This document shows positions 35,161 to 45,094 of a stretch of 64,000 nt of DNA, one piece after another. The stretch's first letter is position 1. The number at the start of each line of letters is the position of its first letter. The DNA is from an uncultured Planctomycetales bacterium. Lineage in GTDB: Bacteria; Planctomycetota; Phycisphaerae; UBA1845; PWPN01. The notes under the pieces are model-generated. The model worked only from the letters and a program-made list of their open reading frames with translations. It made no database searches and had not been told where the DNA came from. Made by a program: the position numbers and the translations under genes. The stretch lies in assembly GCA_964586235.1 (NCBI GenBank), contig CAZPIO010000014.1:8482-72481 (forward strand). The letters are read 5' to 3'.

Positions 35161-37037
35161 GCTCGACCCTCCTTCAGTGTCTGCTCCATACCCTTCATGA
35201 TCTCGGCGACCGTGAAGGGCCTGCCCGCGACCTTGTTCAGACGCCGGGCGTCGATCGCGTAGTCGGCTCGGATCAGCCTGCACAACTGGCCGAGGTTCAA
35301 TTCCGGGACCAGCACCTTGCGAAAACCCTTGAGGATCTCGCCCAGGTTGCCGGGCATCGGGTTCAACCACCGCAGGTGGGCGTGCGAAACCGGCATGCCC
35401 TTGCGCTGAGCCTGCCGAACGGCCGTTCGGGCCGCGCCGTAGGTGCTGCCCCAACTGACCACCAGCAGTTCGCCCGTCGCGTCGCCGAAGACCTCCACTG
35501 GCGGGATGCTCTCAACGACTTTGGCCACCTTGGCCGCCCGCAGCGAGACCATCTTCTGATGGTTCTCGGGCTCATAGCACACCGCGCCGGTCAGATGCTC
35601 TTTCTCCAGGCCACCGACCCGGTGCGCCAGCCCGGGCGCCCCCGGCAGCGCCCACGGGCGGGCGAAATTCTCATTTCGGGAGTATGGCTGAAACCCCTCT
35701 CGCGGGTAGTCACTTCGGATGTCGAACGGCGGAAGGGAATCGACGTTGGGCACCCGCCACGGCTCAGCTCCGTTGCCCAGGTACGCGTCGCTCAGAACGA
35801 TGACCGGCGTCATGTACTTGACCGCAACCTGGAACGCCTCGTAAACGGCCGAGAAACAATCCGTCGGCAACTGCGGCGCGATGATCGGCACGGGGCATTC
35901 GCCGTGCCGGCCTCCAAGCGCCTGCAACAGATCCGCCTGCTCGGTCTTGGTCGGCAGACCGGTGCTCGGCCCGCCCCGCTGAACATCGATGATCACGCAG
36001 GGCAGTTCCAGCATTACCGCCAGGCCGATCGCCTCGGTTTTCAGGTCCATGCCCGGTCCGCTCGTGCCGGTGGCGGCGAATGCCCCGCCGTAAGCGGCGC
36101 CGACAACCGCGCACATGGCCGCGATCTCATCCTCCGCCTGGAAGACCTTCACTCCGAGGGCTTCGTGCCGGGCCAACTCGTGAAGGATATCACTTGCGGG
36201 GGTGATCGGATACGACGCATAGAAGAGCTGCTTGCCGGCCTTGCGGGCCGCGGCGATCAGCCCGAGGGCGGCGGCCTCGTTCCCGCGGATCTTCCGGTAC
36301 AGGCCCGGTTGAAGCCTGGCCGGCTCGACGTGGTACTGCTCCGGCAGGACCTCGGTTGTCTCCCCGAAGTTGTGGCCCGCCTGGAGAGCCAGCTCGTTGG
36401 CCTTTAACAAGACCGGGTTCTTGGCGAACTTTTCGCGCAACCACTTGCGCGCCGGGTCCAGGGCCCTCTCGTACAGCCAGCACACCAGACCCAGGGCGAA
36501 GAAGTTCTTGCATCGATCGGCTTCCTTGTGAGTCAGGCCGATGGTCTCAACCGCCTGTTCGGTCAGCGTTGTGATCGGAAGGCTGAAAACCCGGTACTTC
36601 GACAGGCTCCCGTCCTCCAGAGGGTTGGTCGCACACCCCGCCAGCCGCAGATTGTGCCTGGCGAAGCCATCACTGTTGGCGATGATAATCCCGCCCTCCT
36701 CCAGGTCCGCGATGTTGACCTTGAGGGCGGCGGCGTTCATCACCACCAGCGTTTGTATCACGTCTCCTGGCGTGTAGATCTCGTTGCTCGAAAAGCAGAT
36801 CTGAAAACCCGACACACCCGCAAGACTGCTGGCCGGTGCCCGGATCTCCGCCGGGTAATCGGGCAGAGTGGCCAGGTCATTCCCGAACACCGCCGTCGAG
36901 GTCGTGAAATGCGCCCCGGCCAGTTGCATGCCATCGCCGGAATCGCCCGCGAACCGGACCGTCGCCTGTTCGAGGACTTCAACGGGCTTGCGCCGCCCGC
37001 TCGCCGGAGGACTGCCGACCGCCGATTGTTCGGACAT
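35157..37037 (-). CDS. korA: 2-oxoacid (2-oxoglutarate):ferredoxin oxidoreductase, alpha subunit
   Basis: Start MSEQSAV (ATG 37037, AAGGAG upstream). Motifs: RFAGDSGDGMQLAG, DYPAEIRAP, GNEAAALG, ASYPITPASDILHEL, EDEIAAM, GPGMDLKTE. Confidence 0.88.
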   Translation of the reverse strand: MSEQSAVGSPPASGRRKPVEVLEQATVRFAGDSGDGMQLAGAHFTTSTAVFGNDLATLPDYPAEIRAPASSLAGVSGFQICFSSNEIYTPGDVIQTLVVMNAAALKVNIADLEEGGIIIANSDGFARHNLRLAGCATNPLEDGSLSKYRVFSLPITTLTEQAVETIGLTHKEADRCKNFFALGLVCWLYERALDPARKWLREKFAKNPVLLKANELALQAGHNFGETTEVLPEQYHVEPARLQPGLYRKIRGNEAAALGLIAAARKAGKQLFYASYPITPASDILHELARHEALGVKVFQAEDEIAAMCAVVGAAYGGAFAATGTSGPGMDLKTEAIGLAVMLELPCVIIDVQRGGPSTGLPTKTEQADLLQALGGRHGECPVPIIAPQLPTDCFSAVYEAFQVAVKYMTPVIVLSDAYLGNGAEPWRVPNVDSLPPFDIRSDYPREGFQPYSRNENFARPWALPGAPGLAHRVGGLEKEHLTGAVCYEPENHQKMVSLRAAKVAKVVESIPPVEVFGDATGELLVVSWGSTYGAARTAVRQAQRKGMPVSHAHLRWLNPMPGNLGEILKGFRKVLVPELNLGQLCRLIRADYAIDARRLNKVAGRPFTVAEIMKGMEQTLKEGRA

Positions 37038-37130
37038 AGAACACGGTACTCCTTTCGCACCAAGCCCCATGGATTGTAGTCGCACTGACGGCTTTCTTCA
37101 GCCCCGCGGCAAACAAAAAACACGCAGCGA

Positions 37131-38816
37131 TTATTCCGGCAGGCCCATTTCCCGGTTCCTGCGTGTCAGAAGGATTCGCAACTCCACGATAACAATCAGG
37201 AACGCGCAGATGGCCAGTGCAAACACAAAACGCCCGAGCGACTGATCCCGCCGTTCCGGCGGAACCACCGGAACCGCCTCCGCCACCCGCTGCCCGAGTT
37301 CGTGTGCGCCATCGCCGCTCAACTGGTGACTGATGCCCAGCGGCACGACCAGGATGAGTATGCCGACCAGCAGCAGGATCGTCGAAGTCTTCACCGTCCT
37401 GATCACCCACCCCGCCCTTCGCCGCGTCGCCCAGGCGAACGCGAGAACAGAATGCAGTACCACCAGAACGGCCAGAGCCACCTCGGCTCCGAGCGCTTCC
37501 CACAGCGTGTAGCCGGCGACCACGGACACCAGGGTGATGCCAAACAGGGTTGCCGGACCATCGGGGTTCTGCTCCCTGGCTCGGTCAACAGCCACCGCAA
37601 CCGCCAGCCAGCCGAGCGCGGCGATCGCCGTGACCACACCGGCCGCAAACGCACCGGGTGTCCCCAGCCAGTCGTGGCACAGGTGGCCTGCGGCCATCTT
37701 CAGCGGCGGCGTCACCGCTGCCCATCCGAGCAGAGCCGACACGAGCAGCAACAGCCGCCGCCGAATCACCACCGTCCGACCGGGCCGCAGCTTGAGACTC
37801 GGCCGCGGATGGAGAATCGGTATGAGCAGCATGATTGTGCCCACCGTGGCCATGCTGACTACACCGGCTGTCAGGTTCTCCATTCCCAGCACATGGTCGG
37901 GCATCAGCTTGAACGCACGGAACAGAGAAAGGAAATACCACTCGGGCCGAATACCCTCCGGAGCGGGAGCAAGAGGGTCTGCCTGCTCTCCCACCGGCGG
38001 CGGAAGCAGGAACGCCACTGTCAGCACGCCGGTGAGAGCCAGCAGCCAGACCCTGGCATCGTGAAGCACGTACTCCGGCCAGAATCGCATCGACCACAGT
38101 CGGCCGCCGGGCTCCTTGCAGACCTTGGCCGAGGCCGGCACGCTCGACCCGTGGTGCAGCAGAAGCACCAGGTGCATTCCGACCATCGAAACAATCGCAA
38201 TCGGGAGAACCGCAACGTGGATGGCGAAGAACCTCGTGAGCGTCGCCCCGCTCACGTCAGGGCCGGCCAGCAACAGGTCGCGGATCACCGGCCCGGCAAG
38301 CGGAAGCGCCCCCGCAATGCCGGCGCCCACGCGGGTGGCCGAAAACGACAGTGTGTTCCACGGAAGCAGATAGCCGGTGAAGGCCGACGTCAGCACCAGA
38401 CAATAGGCTCCCAGTCCCGTCCACCAGACCAGTTCCCTGGGCCGGCGATAGGCCTTCATCAACAGGATGCTGAAGAGATGCAGGAACGCGGCCATGATCA
38501 TCACGTTCGCCGTCCAGTGGTGGATCGAGCGAATCCACCAGCCGTTCGGCAGCTCGTTGACAATGAGTTCCACCGACCCGTGGCTTCCCGGCATGTCCGG
38601 CGCGCTGGAAACGCCGACCTCGTAGTGAACCGCAAGGAGCATGCCGGTGCAGATCAACACGCCGAGATTGAACAGGAGCAGACCGCCCAGGCAGTACCAG
38701 ACCGACTGCCGATGCATGGGCACCACCTTGCGCTTGAGCAATCCCTGGAGCGCCTCCAGGGGCGACCGCTCCTGCAACCAGAGGTTGACGCGAGTTCGCA
38801 ACGGTTCTGGGGGCAC
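37131..38816 (-). CDS. Cytochrome b of a Rieske/cytochrome b complex, with a long extra C-terminal membrane domain
   Basis: 561 aa. Haem ligands are present as SIHHWTANVMIMAAFLH (H-x13-H) and AIHVAVLPIAIVSMVGMH (H-x14-H, b6-like spacing). Also LPW and PEWYFL motifs. The following ~230 aa are hydrophobic. There is no CxxCH motif. Confidence 0.85.
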   Translation of the reverse strand: MPPEPLRTRVNLWLQERSPLEALQGLLKRKVVPMHRQSVWYCLGGLLLFNLGVLICTGMLLAVHYEVGVSSAPDMPGSHGSVELIVNELPNGWWIRSIHHWTANVMIMAAFLHLFSILLMKAYRRPRELVWWTGLGAYCLVLTSAFTGYLLPWNTLSFSATRVGAGIAGALPLAGPVIRDLLLAGPDVSGATLTRFFAIHVAVLPIAIVSMVGMHLVLLLHHGSSVPASAKVCKEPGGRLWSMRFWPEYVLHDARVWLLALTGVLTVAFLLPPPVGEQADPLAPAPEGIRPEWYFLSLFRAFKLMPDHVLGMENLTAGVVSMATVGTIMLLIPILHPRPSLKLRPGRTVVIRRRLLLLVSALLGWAAVTPPLKMAAGHLCHDWLGTPGAFAAGVVTAIAALGWLAVAVAVDRAREQNPDGPATLFGITLVSVVAGYTLWEALGAEVALAVLVVLHSVLAFAWATRRRAGWVIRTVKTSTILLLVGILILVVPLGISHQLSGDGAHELGQRVAEAVPVVPPERRDQSLGRFVFALAICAFLIVIVELRILLTRRNREMGLPE

Positions 38817-38819
38817 GAG

Positions 38820-39329
38820 TCATCCTTTCGCGGTGGAGGTGGACGCGTCCGGTGCTCCCGACGTCGGAGAAGCATCGAAGGGGCGTTTCGAAACCAGCAA
38901 CGTGCCGTCAGCCTGACGAACAACATAAAACGGGGTCAGCGGCCGTGGCGGCGGCGTTCCAGGCACGTTGACGCCGTCGGCCGTGAACCGGCCCTGGTGG
39001 CACCCGCAGTAGATGTCATTCGACGCCGGTCGATACCGCACATTGCACTGGCCGTGCGTGCAAACCGCCGACAGCGCCCGGATCCCGCCGTTCGGAAGCT
39101 GGAGGATGATCACCGGCGACGGTCCGTAGGCCACCAGAACAAACCGATCCCTGGCCAGTGTACGCAGGGCCTCGCCGGACACGACAATATGGTCCGGTTC
39201 GGGGATCTGCGTCCCGGCAAGATAGTTGAGCACGACGTCCGCGGCCACGGCGCCGCCCGCCAGCACGCCGGCACCGAGCAGGCCATCCAGGAAATCACGG
39301 CGATCCAGCATCGACTCGCTCAATTTCAT
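38820..39329 (-). CDS. Rieske [2Fe-2S] protein with a Tat signal
   Basis: The ORF is trimmed to MKLSESMLDRRDFLDGLLGAG (twin-arginine). Cluster motifs CTHGQC and CGCHQG are present. The ATGA overlaps the sdhB stop. Confidence 0.88.
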   Translation of the reverse strand: MKLSESMLDRRDFLDGLLGAGVLAGGAVAADVVLNYLAGTQIPEPDHIVVSGEALRTLARDRFVLVAYGPSPVIILQLPNGGIRALSAVCTHGQCNVRYRPASNDIYCGCHQGRFTADGVNVPGTPPPRPLTPFYVVRQADGTLLVSKRPFDASPTSGAPDASTSTAKG

Positions 39330-40129
39330 GGAGCAACCCCCTGTGGACCGGTTCCCGGCTCCCGCAGAGCCGCATCCGCCCTGCGGCGAAGGGCCCTTCG
39401 CATGCGATACGCTACCAGGCGTCTTCGCAGCGCAGCGATGCCGTCCGTGGGACGCACATCCTTGGGGCAGGCGTCGATGCAGCGGTACACGGTGTCGCAG
39501 CCCCACACGCCGTCGTCGTGGTCCACCCGCTTCAACTGCTCCTCCGGCCGTTGATCGCGGCTGTCAACCACAAACCGCCACAGTTTCGCCAGCGCGGCCG
39601 GGCCAAGATAATCCGGCTGCCGCTTGAGCACTGGGCAGGCGCCGTAGCAGCACGCGCAAAGGATGCAGTTGGCGAACTGCTGGAGCCGTTCGAAGTCCTT
39701 CGGACTCTGCCGGATCTCATTCTGCCCTTCAACCTGCTCAAGTCGATGCAGCCACGGCCGGACCCGGAGATACTTGTCCCAGAACGGGGCCATATCCACC
39801 ACCAAGTCGCTGATAATGTCGAGGTTCGGCAGCGGCTCGAGGATGACCTCGTCAGTGGGCAACGGGTAAAGCTGCGTGCGGCATGCCAGGTCGCACCGGC
39901 CGTTGATCGTCATCCCACAGGACCCGCACACCGCACCACGGCACGAGAAGCGAAACGCCAGCGTGGGATCCTGTTGCTGCTGAATACCGAAAAGAGCCGT
40001 CAGAACTGTCATCCCGGGCGGCACGTTGACTTCGTAGGTGTCAAAACGCGGGCCGGCCGCATCGCCCGTCGTGTAGCGGAAGATCCGGAACGTGATTCGC
40101 CGGGTTCTGTTGTCAGTAGCTGCGCTCAC
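39326..40129 (-). CDS. sdhB: Succinate dehydrogenase/fumarate reductase iron-sulfur subunit
   Basis: CRGAVCGSCGMTINGR (2Fe-2S), CILCACCYGACP (4Fe-4S), CIDACPKDV (3Fe-4S). Confidence 0.9.
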   Translation of the reverse strand: MSAATDNRTRRITFRIFRYTTGDAAGPRFDTYEVNVPPGMTVLTALFGIQQQQDPTLAFRFSCRGAVCGSCGMTINGRCDLACRTQLYPLPTDEVILEPLPNLDIISDLVVDMAPFWDKYLRVRPWLHRLEQVEGQNEIRQSPKDFERLQQFANCILCACCYGACPVLKRQPDYLGPAALAKLWRFVVDSRDQRPEEQLKRVDHDDGVWGCDTVYRCIDACPKDVRPTDGIAALRRRLVAYRMRRALRRRADAALREPGTGPQGVAP

Positions 40130-41807
40130 GCGGCTCGTACTCCGTGATGGTTACCGGCTTGACCGTCAGAACCGGCCCGTCGGCGCCGGCATGCGCGACC
40201 GTGTGGGCCAGCCAATCCGCGTCATCCCGCTTCGGGTAATCCGTGCGATAGTGGCTGCCGCGGCTTTCCGTCCGCCGCAAGGCCCCGGCGGCAATGATCT
40301 CCGCCAGATCGATCATAGACAGCAAATCCAGCGTGTCGACCAGTTCCTGGTTGCATCGCTTGCGGGCGGTGCCGACTCGCACCTCGGCGGACTCGCCTCG
40401 GATCCGACTGATCTCGTCAACGGCCGACCGGAGCGTCGTCTCCTCGCGGAAGATACCGACCTTGTCCGACATCAGGCGCCCCAGTCGCTCAACCAGCGAG
40501 TAAGACCTGCGGCCTTTGCCTGTGGCCAGGTTTGTCAGGCGCTGCCGCTCCGATGCCAGCGCGTCGTCCAACGTGCTCGCTGCGTTGTCCGGCAACACCA
40601 CCCCCCTCGCATATTCACCGGCGGCTGCTCCGACGATGTGGCCGAAGACAATCGCTTCCAGCAGCGAGTTGCCGCCCAGGCGATTGGCTCCGTGAACGCT
40701 CACGCACGCGCATTCGCCGGCCGCGAAGAAACCGCTGATCTCCGTGCGGCCGTCGACGTCCACATCGATCCCGCCCATCGAGTAATGCTGAGCCGGTTCG
40801 ATGGGGATCGGCTCCTCGATCGGGTCGAGGTCCGCAAACTCGGTGGCGATCTGCCGAATCCCGGGGAGACGCTCCTTGATCAGCCGGGCACCCAGATGGC
40901 GGAGGTCGAGATGCACGTAGCCCTCCTTGAAACCCCGGCCTTGCGCGATCTCGGTCTCGATCGAGCGGGCGACAATGTCCCGTGGCGCCAGCTCCATCGT
41001 CTTGGGAGCGTATCGTTCCATGAAACGCTCGCCGAGGCGGTTCACCAGGTACCCGCCCTCGCCGCGAGCTCCCTCGGTGATCAGGATGTTGGTACCAACC
41101 AGCGAGGTGGGATGAAACTGCACGAACTCGAGGTCCTTGATACCCGCTCCGGCCCGATAGCCCAGGGCGATTCCGCTGCCGGTATTGATCAGCGCATTGG
41201 TGCTTCGAGCGTAAACGCGGCCGTAGCCCCCCGTGGCGAACAGCACCGCCCGGGCGGCAAACGATTCGAGTTCACCAGTAAGAAAGTTGAGGGCGATCAG
41301 GCCGCACACACGTCCGTCCTGAACCACCAGCCGGGTAACCAGGCGCTCGTCGTGGATCCGCAGACCGAGAGCCATGGCACGCTCGTAGAGCGTATGCAGC
41401 AGTGCCGCGCCCGTGCGATCCGCGGAATAGCATGTCCGGGGGAAACCCGCCCCACCAAACGGCCGCTGCGCGATCCGGCCGTCATCGAACCGCGAAAAAG
41501 GCGTCCCCCAGTGCTCCATCTCGAACACGATGCCCGGAGCCAGGTCGCACATCTTCCGCACGGCGTCCTGATCCGCGAGATAATCCGAGCCCTTCACCGT
41601 GTCGAAGGCATGCGTGGCCGGGTTGTCGTGGGCACCCTCAGGATGGTTCCCGAGGCCGGCGTTCATGCCGCCCTGGGCTGCCAGCGAGTGACTTCGCAGC
41701 GGATGCACCCGGCTGATCAGCCCCGCGTTCAGACGCGGGCACACCTCGACCGCCGCCCGCAGACCTGCCAGCCCACCGCCAACAATCAGCAGGTCGTGCT
41801 CGATCAC
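40113..41807 (-). CDS. sdhA: Succinate dehydrogenase/fumarate reductase flavoprotein subunit
   Basis: [25 protein letters not shown] (covalent FAD His context), [31 protein letters not shown]. Confidence 0.92.
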   Translation of the reverse strand: MIEHDLLIVGGGLAGLRAAVEVCPRLNAGLISRVHPLRSHSLAAQGGMNAGLGNHPEGAHDNPATHAFDTVKGSDYLADQDAVRKMCDLAPGIVFEMEHWGTPFSRFDDGRIAQRPFGGAGFPRTCYSADRTGAALLHTLYERAMALGLRIHDERLVTRLVVQDGRVCGLIALNFLTGELESFAARAVLFATGGYGRVYARSTNALINTGSGIALGYRAGAGIKDLEFVQFHPTSLVGTNILITEGARGEGGYLVNRLGERFMERYAPKTMELAPRDIVARSIETEIAQGRGFKEGYVHLDLRHLGARLIKERLPGIRQIATEFADLDPIEEPIPIEPAQHYSMGGIDVDVDGRTEISGFFAAGECACVSVHGANRLGGNSLLEAIVFGHIVGAAAGEYARGVVLPDNAASTLDDALASERQRLTNLATGKGRRSYSLVERLGRLMSDKVGIFREETTLRSAVDEISRIRGESAEVRVGTARKRCNQELVDTLDLLSMIDLAEIIAAGALRRTESRGSHYRTDYPKRDDADWLAHTVAHAGADGPVLTVKPVTITEYEPRERSY

Positions 41808-42142
41808 TGACTGCTCCCGGTCACAGCGCCGGAAGAGCCGGCGTAGAAGGCCAACGTGGCGACGACGAAGAGCACAATCGCCCCCACGGTCGCCGACCAG
41901 AACAGCACTCTCTCCCGCCGTACCCCGAGATCAAACAGAATCGTCCTGATGCCGTAGAGGCTGTGGAAGCAGAAGCACAGCAGCAGCACAATGTCCATCG
42001 AGGTCCAGATATGCCACGTTCCCAGCCCATCCTGAACCGTCGGCCCCCACCGGCCATGGGTGGCGTAACCCGTGATGAGCTTGAGCGCAATCAGGACAAT
42101 CAGGACGACGCCGGTCACGCGGTGTACGAGCCAGGCAAACAT
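41804..42142 (-). CDS. Small membrane anchor/cytochrome b subunit of succinate dehydrogenase (3 TM)
   Basis: 112 aa. [20 protein letters not shown]...[12 protein letters not shown]. Three hydrophobic helices. 4-nt overlap with the sdhA start. Confidence 0.65.
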   Translation of the reverse strand: MFAWLVHRVTGVVLIVLIALKLITGYATHGRWGPTVQDGLGTWHIWTSMDIVLLLCFCFHSLYGIRTILFDLGVRRERVLFWSATVGAIVLFVVATLAFYAGSSGAVTGSSQ

Positions 42143-42363
42143 GCATCAGCCCTCAGAGCGTGCGCTAAAACGACAGGTTGTTCCCGCAGGATGACGCGTG
42201 ACACGCCCAAACCCTCCGACGGGTAACATGCCAAAGCCCGCCGACGGGTGGCATGCGCAAGTTCGCCGCAGCGAACGCCGGCATGCTTCATGAAGAAGCC
42301 CGCATGGCGGCAGCCGCCCATCCCCGCCTCGACGACCTCAAGCCTGCGGCCGCCGATGCACCA

Positions 42364-43728
42364 TCATAGTACCCCTACGACGTCCTGGACGACCGCCAGC
42401 CCTTCGCGAAGCCCTGCCTCATCGATCACCAGCGGCGGATTGAGCTTGATCGCACAGCCACCCACGCCCACCGGTGCAAACAGCAGCAGGCCCTTCAGCA
42501 CGCAGCGCCAGACGGCCTCCCACGCCCAGTCGGGCATCGGTTCGGTCGTGCCCGGCCGGGTAAACTGCAGCGCCCCGACGAGGCCCGTCGAATCGACGTG
42601 ACCGATCTTGCCCCGCGAGGCCTCCTTGATCCGACGAACGCCCTCGGCCAGCACCGGGGCGAGCCGGGCCGCGTTTTCGATGAGCTTCTCGTGCCGGATG
42701 ATCTTCAGGTTAGCCAGGGCTGCGGCCGCGCAGATCGGGTTGGCCGAATGCGTGCTGGTCATCTCGCCGGGGCCGTAGATGTCCATCAGCTCGTCGGTCC
42801 CCAGTACTGCGGCCAGCGGCATACCCCCGGCGATGCCCTTCCCGCAGGCCGCCAGGTCGGGCACTACACCCAGGTGCGAGAAGCCAAACGGTGCCCCCGT
42901 CCGGCCGAAACCGGCTTGCACCTCGTCAAAGATCATCACCGCTTTGTACCGGTCGCACCATTTCCGAAGAGCCTGCGCGTAGTGCGGTGGCATAAGGGTG
43001 GCATTGCAGCCCTGGTACGTCTCGCTCATCACCCCGCACACTGTCTCCGGATCGACGCCCTTACCCTTGAGCGCCGCCTCGAACACCTCGAAACTCGTGT
43101 CCTTCTGCCGGAAACCGTCCGGGTACGGCGCCTGCACGAAACATGGATCATCGCCGCCGAGCCAGGCCTTCAGCGCCGGTGCCCCGCCCGCAAGCTGCGC
43201 TCCCATCGTCCGGCCGTGAAAACCGTAATCGAACGAGACGAAGACTCTCTTCCGTGGCCCGCCGACTTTGAGACCTCGTGTGCGAGCCAGCTTGATGCAG
43301 CACTCGCAGGCTTCCGACCCGGTCGTGAGCAGGAACACCCGTTTCAGCGGCGGCGGCAGCCAGCTCGACAGTTCCTCGACCAACTGGTGGCGAACCTCGG
43401 TTGCGAAACAGTACGCGTGGTAAAGCCCCTGCCCGGCCATGTCGGTGATCGCTTTGACAATATCGGGATGACCGTGCCCACAGGAGGTCACCAGCACGCC
43501 CGACGAGAAATCAAGCCACCGGTTGCCGTACGGGTCAATAACCGTCGCGCCCTCGCCGCCCTGCCAGATGACCGGCGGCTGGCCGCCCATGCTCCGCGGC
43601 TCCATATCGCGAAGCTGCTTCAGAAACGGGACCGACTCCGGGACCGGGATCGACGTGCGAATCGTGCGATACTTGGTGCTGATCGGCTCAACCGGGTGAG
43701 GTTGCAACGGGAACTCTTTGGTCGCCAT
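42364..43728 (-). CDS. Class III (ornithine/GABA-type) PLP aminotransferase
   Basis: 454 aa. DFSSGVLVTSCGHGHP, LTTGSEACECCIKLAR, FHGRTMGA, IFDEVQAGFGRTG and CGKGIAGGMPL in the PLP lysine region. Confidence 0.8.
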   Translation of the reverse strand: MATKEFPLQPHPVEPISTKYRTIRTSIPVPESVPFLKQLRDMEPRSMGGQPPVIWQGGEGATVIDPYGNRWLDFSSGVLVTSCGHGHPDIVKAITDMAGQGLYHAYCFATEVRHQLVEELSSWLPPPLKRVFLLTTGSEACECCIKLARTRGLKVGGPRKRVFVSFDYGFHGRTMGAQLAGGAPALKAWLGGDDPCFVQAPYPDGFRQKDTSFEVFEAALKGKGVDPETVCGVMSETYQGCNATLMPPHYAQALRKWCDRYKAVMIFDEVQAGFGRTGAPFGFSHLGVVPDLAACGKGIAGGMPLAAVLGTDELMDIYGPGEMTSTHSANPICAAAALANLKIIRHEKLIENAARLAPVLAEGVRRIKEASRGKIGHVDSTGLVGALQFTRPGTTEPMPDWAWEAVWRCVLKGLLLFAPVGVGGCAIKLNPPLVIDEAGLREGLAVVQDVVGVL

Positions 43729-43737
43729 CTCGAACCA

Positions 43738-45012
43738 TTACTCCTTCGACGGAATCTCTTGCGGCGGATAATCGCGGAACGCCACGCCCGGCCGGTCGCC
43801 GTATCGGATAAGGACCTCCCGCCCGTCGGCGAGGATGCTCATGCGGGCCGCCTCGATCACTAACTCGTTGTAGCTGCTGTTGGCGGGCGTGGCCATGAGC
43901 CCTTCGCGGTCGAGTTGCTCAACGTATCTCCGCCGTTCCGCAATACTCGCCATCGAGCCTGCCCGACCGCACGCCTCGATGATATACTCGACGCTGCGGT
44001 GTCCATATCCGACCGGCGTCAGCCCCAGCCCGCCGCAGTCCAGCATCTGGAAATAGTCAGGATTGGGCTCGGCATACAACGTGTCACCGGGGTCGCTCCC
44101 GGCCTCGGTATAGTGACAGGCCACGCCGCGATACTGATCAGAGTGCTCGATGAGCGCTGCGTCGGTCTTGCCTTGGCACCACAGGGTCATTCCTTGCCCG
44201 TTGCCGCCGGCCGCACCGGCGGGGTAGCCGATCGCATTGGCCACGCTCAGGATCGCCCCGTTCTCCCACCGCACGCGACCGTCGGTCCAGAGGAATCCTT
44301 CCCGGCCGTTGGGGTAGCGGTCCCTGATTCCAGCCACACTGACCGACACAGGCTTCAAACCGGTGATGAACGCGACGAGATCAACGTAGTGGCAGCCGAC
44401 GTACGTGAACATGTCGGTGTTCTCGCACGTACACCAGTTCTGGAAATTCGAGTCGCGGTAGTAATAGGGTTCGTGCAGATAAGCCTGCCCCAGCCTGAAA
44501 TGGCCGAATCGCCCCGCTCGATAGGCCTGCCGGGCCATCAGGCTGCGGTGGTCGAACCGCTTGTGGTACTCGACTCCGACGACCAGACCGCGATCGTGCG
44601 ATCGTCGGGCGATGTCGACGGCGTGCTCGTGCCGCAAGACCAACGGCTTGACCGTGCAGACGTGCAGGTCATTGTCCAGCGCCTCGCAGATCATGCGGTG
44701 ATGAAGGTGATCGGGCGTTGCGATGACCGCGATACTCGCCCTCGGAGCCGCCGCCAGAACCTGCCGGTAGAGATCCGGAGACGTCGGTTGACCCGCCGCC
44801 GCATCCGGCTCGGGATGAGCGACAAAGCTCTGCCCGGGGAACCCGCGTCTCAGCATCGGGGAGGATCGCAGCTCCGCAAGATGGAAGGGATCCTGGGAGC
44901 AAATGTGGATCTCGCCGATCCGGCCGCTTCGCTGCATGTGGAACAGCGTCGGCAGGATCTGAACCCGGACGATCATCCCGCCGCCGATAACCGTGACCTG
45001 TGGTCCTGCCAT
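43738..45012 (-). CDS. Gfo/Idh/MocA-family NAD(P)-dependent oxidoreductase
   Basis: VTVIGGGMIVRVQILP, ATPDHLHHRMICEALDNDLHVCTVKPL, EYHKRFD. Confidence 0.75.
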   Translation of the reverse strand: MAGPQVTVIGGGMIVRVQILPTLFHMQRSGRIGEIHICSQDPFHLAELRSSPMLRRGFPGQSFVAHPEPDAAAGQPTSPDLYRQVLAAAPRASIAVIATPDHLHHRMICEALDNDLHVCTVKPLVLRHEHAVDIARRSHDRGLVVGVEYHKRFDHRSLMARQAYRAGRFGHFRLGQAYLHEPYYYRDSNFQNWCTCENTDMFTYVGCHYVDLVAFITGLKPVSVSVAGIRDRYPNGREGFLWTDGRVRWENGAILSVANAIGYPAGAAGGNGQGMTLWCQGKTDAALIEHSDQYRGVACHYTEAGSDPGDTLYAEPNPDYFQMLDCGGLGLTPVGYGHRSVEYIIEACGRAGSMASIAERRRYVEQLDREGLMATPANSSYNELVIEAARMSILADGREVLIRYGDRPGVAFRDYPPQEIPSKE

Positions 45013-45063
45013 TCGCGTCTACCGCCTCGCTCCGCCGCAAGCAGCTTGCCCCGTGTTCTGCTG

Positions 45064-45094
45064 TCCGTGTGCCACTGCTCTGTGAGCAGTGCCC
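45064..45094. repeat. Intergenic repeat copy 1 (19-nt core TCCGTGTGCCACTGCTCTG plus imperfect hairpin)
   Basis: The 19-mer is identical to 48437-48455, with about 27/31 identity over the extended match. It contains the hairpin CACTGCT-ctgtg-AGCAGTG. Confidence 0.6.

Noticed and set aside
35376-41810. Plus-strand ORFs 35376-36407, 37302-39554 (750 aa) and 40092-41810 (572 aa)
   Set aside because: They are antisense to korA, cytochrome b/Rieske and sdhA respectively. All are Arg/His/Pro/Gln-rich with no cofactor motifs.
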